From a virus, in IMG/VR virus record IMGVR_UViG_3300045988_126140, positions 64,001-128,000 of that record: a stretch of 64,000 bases of DNA, one strand, 5' to 3'. Position 1 is the first letter of the stretch. Each line of letters starts with the position of its first letter. The notes beneath the pieces are model-generated. The model was not told the origin of the DNA, searched no databases, and saw only the letters and a program-made list of their open reading frames with translations. Below, piece after piece: positions 56,983 to 64,000 of this stretch. The position numbers and the translations under genes are program-made.

Positions 56983-57792
56983 ATGAGTAACAAAGTACAA
57001 AAATTATTTGATAAATTAGTAGAAAAATATAATATGAGAGCAATAAAAATAGGTGATGAAACATGGTATGCGATGAACGATTTACCATTAGATAGAAAAG
57101 CAATAAACAGAAAAATGAGTGACCTTAGAAAAAACTTATCTGGTAACGGTGATTTTAAATATACTCCAAACTTTGTAGAGCAAAACACAAGATTAATAAC
57201 AAATTCAACGGTGATTTTAAATCACCTTAGAAATTTTGATAAAGTTCATAATACAGGAGAAATGTTTGGTAACTTTACAATGATAAATTACATAGTTATG
57301 ACAAGTAGACTTGGACACGAATATAAAATAGAAATGATAAAAATTTTAGACGAAATAAGAAAAAATGATTTCTATGTAGATGACAATATATCAAAAGAAC
57401 AATTAAACTCGCTTCAGAACAAAGTTAATAAACTAAAAGATAGATTACATTATGAAAGACGTAGAAAGGCTTACGGGGCTACTCAAATAGTTAAAAAAAT
57501 AAATATAGATAATTTGTTGCCAAGTACATTATTTAGATACCTAGATGAATATTTGAATTTAGGAGATTATATAATAGTAAATAAAAATAGAAGATTTAGA
57601 CCTAATGATAATTTTGTTAACAAATGTGCTGATTTAGGTGTAGTCAGAATTGGAGTAAACAATAATATAATATTCTTTAGTGAATTTGCAGAACAAGTAA
57701 ATAGAAACAAAGACATCCTTAATATATTGAAAATAATTAATAAAGAAGAATTACAAATAAGAGAAAAGGGAATTGAAAACAGAATTAAATAA
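56983..57792 (+). CDS. antirepressor-like protein (Bro-N/KilA-C-like)
   Basis: The start MSNKVQ sits behind AGGAG. NMRAIKIGDETWYAMNDL and a C-terminal KilAC-like stretch give weak motif support. Confidence 0.45.
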   Translation: MSNKVQKLFDKLVEKYNMRAIKIGDETWYAMNDLPLDRKAINRKMSDLRKNLSGNGDFKYTPNFVEQNTRLITNSTVILNHLRNFDKVHNTGEMFGNFTMINYIVMTSRLGHEYKIEMIKILDEIRKNDFYVDDNISKEQLNSLQNKVNKLKDRLHYERRRKAYGATQIVKKINIDNLLPSTLFRYLDEYLNLGDYIIVNKNRRFRPNDNFVNKCADLGVVRIGVNNNIIFFSEFAEQVNRNKDILNILKIINKEELQIREKGIENRIK

Positions 57793-57803
57793 TCATTGCT
57801 TTC

Positions 57804-57831
57804 AAGAGGTTTTATACCTCTTATTTTTTTT
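57804..57831 (+). terminator. intrinsic terminator
   Basis: AAGAGGTTTTATACCTCTT followed by ATTTTTTTT. Confidence 0.75.
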
Positions 57832-57973
57832 GCTTTATTTTCAAAATAATTAATAAATTATGAATATTTAAACTCCATTTTGTATATAATATAGTAAAGA
57901 AAATTAATAAAAAGTAGTTGTCATTAAGGATATCATATGTTATACTAAGCAAGACAACTAAGAAGGAGTTAAA

Positions 57974-58846
57974 ATGAAAAAAATGTGTGATAAAAAAATT
58001 AAAATGGACAGAATGGAAAATAGAGTAAACGATTTAATTAATGAAATAGGTGAAAAAAATATAAATGAAGAAGTGATAAAAGATTTTGCTATAAAAAATT
58101 TAAAGACAATTAATAGAAGTAGTTTCTACGATGGATTTAGAATTTTAAAAGAAGTATTAGATACAAAGGGAATTAAATACGATTTAAAAGAAGATGAATT
58201 AATGGAAAAATGTTTATATTTTGACGAATCTAAATACTTCACAAAAACTCAAATATTAGATATAATCAATTCACTTATAAATGCACAAGACAAATTATTA
58301 ATATACATGATATTTAATAAAGTATTAGGTAAGAAATTCAAAGACCTATTAGAAATTAAGGTTTCTGACGTAGCCGAAGACTATAGTTATATAAATGTAA
58401 ATGGAAATAAAATACTATGCGACGATATAATGAAAGAGTTAGTTAAAGACACAATAGAACAAGAAGTATATGTTAATACAACAAGAAGTAGAAACGTACT
58501 TTATTATGATTTAAATATGAATAGTGAATATTTATTCAAGACATTATGTAATAGATATACCAATAATGGTTTAGAACCAATGAAACGTAGTAATTTAAGT
58601 GGAAAATTAACTGTTTTAACAAAAGAATTACAACATGGAGGATTAAATGTTACCTTAACAGCTACAGGAATATATCAGTCTGGAATCATGTATGACATGT
58701 TTGTATTGCAAGTATTAGATAATATTATATGGACTATACAAAATACAAAGAGCTATCTTGATATAAATGGATATAATATGAATGCCAATGAATTAACCTA
58801 TAAATATCACCATTTATATTATGGAACGAACTCTTCAAGAAATTAG
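57974..58846 (+). CDS. hypothetical protein, possibly a degenerate integrase-fold protein
   Basis: A 290-aa ORF. Its layout recalls tyrosine recombinases (..LLIYMIFNKVLGKKFKDLLEIKVSDV..), but the catalytic R/H/Y residues are not evident. Confidence 0.5.
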   Translation: MKKMCDKKIKMDRMENRVNDLINEIGEKNINEEVIKDFAIKNLKTINRSSFYDGFRILKEVLDTKGIKYDLKEDELMEKCLYFDESKYFTKTQILDIINSLINAQDKLLIYMIFNKVLGKKFKDLLEIKVSDVAEDYSYINVNGNKILCDDIMKELVKDTIEQEVYVNTTRSRNVLYYDLNMNSEYLFKTLCNRYTNNGLEPMKRSNLSGKLTVLTKELQHGGLNVTLTATGIYQSGIMYDMFVLQVLDNIIWTIQNTKSYLDINGYNMNANELTYKYHHLYYGTNSSRN

Positions 58847-58873
58847 AGGTTTTTCTCTAGTTTCTTTTTTTTT
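58844..58873 (+). terminator. intrinsic terminator
   Basis: TAGAGGTTTTTCTCTA followed by GTTTCTTTTTTTTT. Confidence 0.7.
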
Positions 58874-58912
58874 GTTTATAGGTAATTTTTCAATACTAAT
58901 TGTTAATATATT
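58874..58912 (+). promoter_or_regulatory. class II bipartite promoter-like motif
   Basis: GTTTATAGGTAATTTTTCAATACTAATTGTTAATATATT. Confidence 0.45.
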
Positions 58913-59061
58913 AGTATAAGAAAGGAGTTGATGCAAATTGAGTGTAGAATAAAAATAATTAATAAAATCAGTTGACAAATTGTAGTGAATATCATATACT
59001 TAATATTATAAATAATCAATAAAATATTAATAAAAATAATAAATAAAGGGGATGGAATATT

Positions 59062-59838
59062 ATGGGAAATAAAATAGATAGAACAGGAGAAATAAATTGT
59101 AATACGTTTGGAAGTGAAATGATAATTACGGAATATAGAAGTGCAAAAGACATTGATGTTTATTTTTCAGAATATAACTGGACTTTTAAAAATGTTCGAT
59201 ATAGTATTTTTAAAAATGGTAATATGAAATGTCCGTATGAAAGAAGACATTATAAAATTGGTTATTTAGGTGAAGGTGAGTATAAAATGAGTGAAAATCG
59301 TAAACATACCAAAGTTTATAATACTTGGCATCATATGTTAGAAAGATGTTATGATAAAAAATTTCAAGAGAAACACCCCACTTACAAAGATTGTAAAATA
59401 TCTGAAGAATGGCATAACTTTCAGAATTTTGGCAATTGGTATAATGAAAATTATTATGAGGTAGAAGGCGAGATTATGTGTTTAGATAAAGACATTCTTG
59501 TTAAGCATAACAAGATATATTCACCAGATACTTGTATATTTGTACCTCAAATAATTAATACTTTATTTGTTAAAAGAGATAATGATAGAGGTGAATCATG
59601 TATAGGTACAAGTCTTAAAGATGGAAAATATCAAGTAAGTTGTAATTTAATTAATCCTAAAACTGGAAAATCAAAAAGCGAATATTTAGGAATTTATGAT
59701 ACAGAACTAGAAGCATTTGAGGTTTATAAGTATTATAAAGAAAAGAATATAAAACAAGTAGCTGATTATTATAAAGAACAAATACCATATAAACTTTATA
59801 ACGCTTTATACAAGTATAAAGTTGAAATAAATGATTAA
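59062..59838 (+). CDS. homing-endonuclease-like protein, paralog 3 of 5
   Basis: It carries the same signature as 52931..53713. Confidence 0.55.
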   Translation: MGNKIDRTGEINCNTFGSEMIITEYRSAKDIDVYFSEYNWTFKNVRYSIFKNGNMKCPYERRHYKIGYLGEGEYKMSENRKHTKVYNTWHHMLERCYDKKFQEKHPTYKDCKISEEWHNFQNFGNWYNENYYEVEGEIMCLDKDILVKHNKIYSPDTCIFVPQIINTLFVKRDNDRGESCIGTSLKDGKYQVSCNLINPKTGKSKSEYLGIYDTELEAFEVYKYYKEKNIKQVADYYKEQIPYKLYNALYKYKVEIND

Positions 59839-59855
59839 AACAATTAGTAATATTA

Positions 59856-59883
59856 AGACTAGATAATTCTAGTCTATTTTTTG
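59856..59883 (+). terminator. intrinsic terminator
   Basis: AGACTAGATAATTCTAGTCT followed by ATTTTTT. Confidence 0.75.
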
Positions 59884-59945
59884 TTCATTTTTTAGTTGAT
59901 AAATATATCAAGATGTGCTACTTTTATATTAAAGGGGTGATAGAT

Positions 59946-60014
59946 ATGAAATATGTATTAACATTTATGTTTATAAATTTAGTTGGTATAACAATGGGCT
60001 TTATATTATTTTAA
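59946..60014 (+). CDS. 22-aa hydrophobic peptide
   Basis: MKYVLTFMFINLVGITMGFILF behind the RBS AAAGGGG. Confidence 0.35.
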   Translation: MKYVLTFMFINLVGITMGFILF

Positions 60015-60099
60015 TTGATTTTAAAAATAATTAATAAAACAGTTGATAAATTATAATAAACATCATATAATATATATAAAATAAAAACAAGGGGGATAA

Positions 60100-60411
60100 A
60101 TGATAAATATGATAATAGAACCTATGAACTGTGCAGGGGGAAATGTAATCGAAAAAAATAAAGAAAGAATTAGAAATATAAAACTAGAAATACAAAGAGG
60201 TGGTATTTCGATAAATAATCTATATAGTAAATATAACTACGAAGGATTTAAAACTTTTTTATGTAACAATGTATTATTTGAAGATATACCAGATTCAGAA
60301 GTTATTAGGATATATAATTGTATAAACAAGGAGCAGTTTAAAGAATGGTATATGAGTAGAGGGACTAGAGGTGCGTATGATTTAATAGCATATTATAAAA
60401 TTTATAAATAA
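60100..60411 (+). CDS. hypothetical protein
   Basis: A 103-aa ORF with an RBS. Confidence 0.6.
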   Translation: MINMIIEPMNCAGGNVIEKNKERIRNIKLEIQRGGISINNLYSKYNYEGFKTFLCNNVLFEDIPDSEVIRIYNCINKEQFKEWYMSRGTRGAYDLIAYYKIYK

Positions 60412-60490
60412 TTAATAAAGATGTTGACAAAATAGTAAAGGATATGTTATACTTAGTACATAAATAAAATAATAAAGGAGCTGATATAAT

Positions 60491-60832
60491 ATGAATACAG
60501 ATTTATATAACTTAAATAAAAATTATATATACAAAGGAGAACTTGTAACACTTGTGGATGAGTTTACAGGCGTAATAGAAGAAAATGGTAAAGAGAAAAT
60601 AATTTTACCATCACAAACTGAATGTTTAGGTTACAAAGTAGAAGAGTTTGAAGTAGGAAAACAATATGTATTTGATAAGAGATTAATATCAAAACATCTA
60701 GGAGAATTGAGTGGATGGCAAATAGAAATAGATGGTAAACCAGTCAAAGTTGAAAATAAAAAAAATGGTTATTGTTTCAATGATAAAGGTGAATTGTATA
60801 TGGTATTTGCGAGTTGGTGTAAAGAAGTATAA
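60491..60832 (+). CDS. hypothetical protein, related to the C-terminal half of 62050..62661
   Basis: The shared pattern is F.V.K.Y.FD..L......W......V.V....(N/K)G......E...V...WCK. Confidence 0.6.
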   Translation: MNTDLYNLNKNYIYKGELVTLVDEFTGVIEENGKEKIILPSQTECLGYKVEEFEVGKQYVFDKRLISKHLGELSGWQIEIDGKPVKVENKKNGYCFNDKGELYMVFASWCKEV

Positions 60833-60870
60833 TATAATATACAAAAGATAAAATAAGGGGGAAATTGAAT

Positions 60871-61068
60871 ATGAAATTAATAGAAGCATTTCAAATAGTT
60901 ACTGATTCTATAGAAGACGATATAAAATTTTGTAAGGAAATTAACAATGACTTTGACGATGAGTTTCTACATGAAGTTATTGATTTCTTAGAAACAAGAT
61001 GCGATGTATTGAATCGTGCTGAACAAAGGGAGAGAAAATGGAATCAACGTAGAAATTTAGAAAAATAA
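60871..61068 (+). CDS. hypothetical protein
   Basis: The ATG sits behind GGGGG; the track start is a TTG. Confidence 0.55.
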   Translation: MKLIEAFQIVTDSIEDDIKFCKEINNDFDDEFLHEVIDFLETRCDVLNRAEQRERKWNQRRNLEK

Positions 61069-61090
61069 TTAATAAAAAAGGGGGATTAAA

Positions 61091-61867
61091 ATGGGGAAAG
61101 TAATAGATAGAACAGGAGAAAAGAATTATAATACATTTGGAAGTAAAATGATAATAGCGAATTATAATGGATGTATGGATATTGATATATATTTCCCAAA
61201 GTATGATTGGACTTTTAAAAATGCAAAATATCAACATTTTAAAAATGGAGATATAAAATGTCCTTATGATAGAAGTATATATGGTGTTGGTTACATTGGT
61301 GAGGGTAATTATAAGGTAAGTGAAAATCGCAAACTAACTAAAGTTTATAGCACTTGGCAAAGCATGTTACAAAGATGTTATTCTGAAAAATTTCAAGAGA
61401 AACATCCTACATATATTACTTGTGAAGCATCTGAAGAATGGCATAATTTTCAAAACTTTGCTAAATGGTACAATGAGAATTACTATGAAATTGAAGGCGA
61501 AAGAATGGATTTAGATAAAGATATTTTAGTAAAGCACAATAAAATATATTCTCCAGAGACTTGTATATTTGTACCACAAACTATTAACAAATTATTTGTT
61601 AGATGCGATAGAAGTAGAGGTGAATCAGTTATAGGTACAACTCCTGTAAATGGTAAATATCAAGTAAAATGTTATTTACTTAATCCTAAAACAGGAAAAT
61701 CTAAAAATGAATATTTAGGCTATTATGATAGTCAAGAAAAAGCATTTGAGGTATACAAATACTATAAAGAAAAGAATATAAAAGAAGTCGCTGATTATTT
61801 TAAAGATGAAATTCCAGTTAAACTTTATAACGCTTTATATTCATATGAAGTTGAAATTACAGATTAA
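61091..61867 (+). CDS. homing-endonuclease-like protein, paralog 4 of 5
   Basis: It carries the same signature. It shares a 126-bp tract with paralog 1 that differs at one position. Confidence 0.55.
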   Translation: MGKVIDRTGEKNYNTFGSKMIIANYNGCMDIDIYFPKYDWTFKNAKYQHFKNGDIKCPYDRSIYGVGYIGEGNYKVSENRKLTKVYSTWQSMLQRCYSEKFQEKHPTYITCEASEEWHNFQNFAKWYNENYYEIEGERMDLDKDILVKHNKIYSPETCIFVPQTINKLFVRCDRSRGESVIGTTPVNGKYQVKCYLLNPKTGKSKNEYLGYYDSQEKAFEVYKYYKEKNIKEVADYFKDEIPVKLYNALYSYEVEITD

Positions 61868-61895
61868 TAATAATGTATAAAGGAGGTTATATAAT

Positions 61896-62033
61896 ATGAA
61901 ACATTTATTTAAATTTATATTATTATTGTTAATTTATGGAGTTTTATTTGAAACATTCGGAGTAAAAAGTTTTGATGGTAAGTGGTTAATTATGACTATT
62001 TGTGTTACATTGACATATATGTTAGGTAATTAA
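61896..62033 (+). CDS. 45-aa hydrophobic protein (below the track cutoff)
   Basis: MKHLFKFILLLLIYGVLFETFGVKSFDGKWLIMTICVTLTYMLGN behind AAGGAGG. Confidence 0.45.
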   Translation: MKHLFKFILLLLIYGVLFETFGVKSFDGKWLIMTICVTLTYMLGN

Positions 62034-62049
62034 TAAAGGAGGAGAAAAT

Positions 62050-62661
62050 ATGTTAGATAAATTTAATTTAGAATCATTATATATATTTAATAAAAACAAA
62101 TACAAAGTCTACAATGGTACAATTCCTAATTGGGTTGAAATATGTCACGGATTAATAGTTGAAGTGGAAAACGAATATATAGGTAATATTAAAGTAGAAG
62201 GCGAAGAGTACGTTGTATTTCCTTATAGTTGTAATAAAATAGAAGTAGATGTTAAATCCGCAGAAACAGAAAATGTATATGGAAATGATATTATAAATGA
62301 CGTTATAGGAACAATACAAACAAAATCAAGTTTTCAAGGTGGTAAACCTAAAGAATTTGAAGGAAAAATATTTTTTGGTATAGATAAAAATGATATTTGG
62401 ACAGACGCAGGATTTTCATTATTAGATAATTTAGAAGATAAATCTATAAATAATCACTCAAAAGAACTTACATTTAATGTAAATAAGAAATATTATTTTG
62501 ATGTGAATTTAGTTGATAAAAAAGACATAAAAGATTGGATGTATAAATGTAGTGGAGTTAATGTCGATGTAGCTGATGTAAATAAAGGATTTGTTTTAGA
62601 TTCGTGGGAAGATGAATATCATGTTGTAGTTAGAAAATGGTGTAAGTTGAAAAATAATTAA
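62050..62661 (+). CDS. hypothetical protein
   Basis: A 203-aa ORF with an RBS. Confidence 0.6.
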   Translation: MLDKFNLESLYIFNKNKYKVYNGTIPNWVEICHGLIVEVENEYIGNIKVEGEEYVVFPYSCNKIEVDVKSAETENVYGNDIINDVIGTIQTKSSFQGGKPKEFEGKIFFGIDKNDIWTDAGFSLLDNLEDKSINNHSKELTFNVNKKYYFDVNLVDKKDIKDWMYKCSGVNVDVADVNKGFVLDSWEDEYHVVVRKWCKLKNN

Positions 62662-62719
62662 TAAACTTATTGACGAATAATATTGAAAACTAAATAATTA
62701 ATAAAAAGGAGGAGAAAAT

Positions 62720-63502
62720 ATGAGTGAAAAAACAATAGGTAGAACAGGTGAAACAGCTTATAATAAATTTGGAAGCGAGATGATAATTATTGATTATAAA
62801 GGATGTATGGACGTAGATGTTTATTTTCCAGAATATAATTGGACCTTTAAAAATGCACATTATAGTAGTTTTAAAAAAGGAAATATTAAATGCCCTTATG
62901 AGAGGAGATATTATGAAGTTGGATATTTAGGAGAAGGAAAATATAAAGTAAGTGAAAATGGTAAACATACCAAAGTTTACCAAACATGGCACGATATGTT
63001 GAGAAGATGCTATGACGAAAAAAGTCTTAAAAGAAATCCTACTTATATAGGCTGTAAGGTAGATAAAGAGTTTCATAATTTTCAAGAATATGGAGAATGG
63101 AGCGAAGATAACTATTATGAAATAAAAGAAGAAAAGATGTGTCTTGACAAAGACATATTAGTTAAACATAATAAAATCTACTCACCAGAAACCTGTATAT
63201 TTGTACCGCAAAGAATAAATACTTTATTTACAAAAAGAGATAGTAAAAGAGGAAATAATCCAATAGGTGTTTCAGATTATATAAATGGTAAGTATGTAGC
63301 ACAATGTCATATAATTAATCCCGAAACAGGAAAATCAAAATATGAATGTTTAGGTGTTTATGAAACTCAACTTAAAGCTTTTGAGGTGTATAAAGAATTT
63401 AAAGAGAAAAATATCAGACAAGTAGCTGACTATTACTTTGGTTTAATCCCTAACAAACTATACAATACTTTATATAATTATGAAGTTGAGATAACAGATT
63501 AA
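62720..63502 (+). CDS. homing-endonuclease-like protein, paralog 5 of 5
   Basis: It carries the same signature and is the most diverged copy. Confidence 0.55.
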   Translation: MSEKTIGRTGETAYNKFGSEMIIIDYKGCMDVDVYFPEYNWTFKNAHYSSFKKGNIKCPYERRYYEVGYLGEGKYKVSENGKHTKVYQTWHDMLRRCYDEKSLKRNPTYIGCKVDKEFHNFQEYGEWSEDNYYEIKEEKMCLDKDILVKHNKIYSPETCIFVPQRINTLFTKRDSKRGNNPIGVSDYINGKYVAQCHIINPETGKSKYECLGVYETQLKAFEVYKEFKEKNIRQVADYYFGLIPNKLYNTLYNYEVEITD

Positions 63503-63593
63503 AAATAATTAATAAAATTTATTAGAAGGTATTGACTTTCTAGTAAATACTTTATATAATATGTAGTATAAGATAAACAAAGGGGGAGAAAAT

Positions 63594-64000
63594 ATGAAAG
63601 AAAAAATTTCAAATGAACAAGGAAGATTGATGATAAAAATAACAAAGGGGATATGGAATAAACGATTTAAAACATTCTCTCTATTTAAAGACGATATGCA
63701 ATCATATGCTTATATGCAAATGTGTAGTGCTATAAAAAGATATGATGAAAGCAAAAATGTTTCATTAAATACTTATCTCAATGCTATTGCATGGAAGAGC
63801 ATGACAAAATATGTGAGAGACTTTGTATATAAAAATAAAGGTAAAGTTATTTCTGCTGAAGGAATATATACAATGAATGATACATCACTGGATTGTAGAA
63901 AGGAATATAATAAAATAATTAGTCATTTTCTTAAGGAAGATATCAACTATGAAAATATTGAAAAACAAGAGTTTATAGATAAATTTAATAATATAGTTGA
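63594..64000 (+). CDS. sigma-70-family RNA polymerase sigma factor, N-terminal part (ORF runs off the window)
   Basis: I translated it by hand; it is open to position 64000. DDMQSYAYMQMCSAIKRYDESKNVSLNTYLNAIAWKSMTKYVRDF follows the region 2 pattern (D..Q.....L..A...(F/Y)D......F.TY....I.....D..R). It has an RBS (GGGGGAG) and an upstream TTGACT..TATAAT promoter. Confidence 0.6.
   Translation, partial: MKEKISNEQGRLMIKITKGIWNKRFKTFSLFKDDMQSYAYMQMCSAIKRYDESKNVSLNTYLNAIAWKSMTKYVRDFVYKNKGKVISAEGIYTMNDTSLDCRKEYNKIISHFLKEDINYENIEKQEFIDKFNNIV

Noticed and set aside
55499-61237. ORFs 55499..55702, 56144..56581, 56409..56654, 56568..56756, 56934..57188, 60698..60889 and 60977..61237
   Set aside because: They are shadows or alternative frames of the recombinase, the endonuclease-like paralogs and their neighbours.

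Overview
This is a very AT-rich 64-kb segment (by eye about 25-30% GC) of a large tailed phage or phage-plasmid. RBS and codon style suggest a low-GC Firmicute host, probably Clostridium-like, but that is inference only.

Layout:
- 1-32 kb, minus strand: late/structural module. It runs from a sigma-region-4-like regulator through an HU-like protein, a metallophosphoesterase, small and large terminase, portal, an S8 subtilisin-like protease, scaffold, major capsid, neck genes and tail tube. A TnpB-only IS200/IS605 element follows, then tail-fibre cassettes and a tape measure gene of more than 2000 codons that runs off the left edge.
- 32.5-39.3 kb: plasmid-type maintenance module. It holds small membrane proteins, a P-loop NTPase, a Rep_3 initiator with upstream iterons, an FtsK/SpoIIIE-like ATPase and a replication-relaxation protein.
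- 39.3-41.4 kb: ORF-free, densely repeated region with perfect DnaA boxes.
- 41.4-64 kb, plus strand: about 45 small early/accessory genes. Almost every one has its own conserved intergenic cassette. The set includes two J-domain proteins, a Dam-type methyltransferase flanked by acidic paralogs, antirepressors, SprT-like and HExxH proteins, a tyrosine recombinase, five paralogous homing-endonuclease-like genes and a sigma-70-family gene cut by the right edge.

Most unusual observations:
- Six self-splicing-type (group I) introns of two sequence families interrupt three essential late genes: four in the tape measure gene, one in the capsid gene and one in the large terminase gene. The terminase intron carries a nuclease ORF.
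- A 15-mer, AAAATAATTAATAAA, occurs about 45 times.
- A second bipartite promoter-like motif, TAGGTAAT-N15-GTTAATA, occurs 7 times with invariant spacing, once inside an intron.
- Replication features are plasmid-like.

All splice sites, family names and functions are inferred by eye from motifs; nothing was searched against databases.
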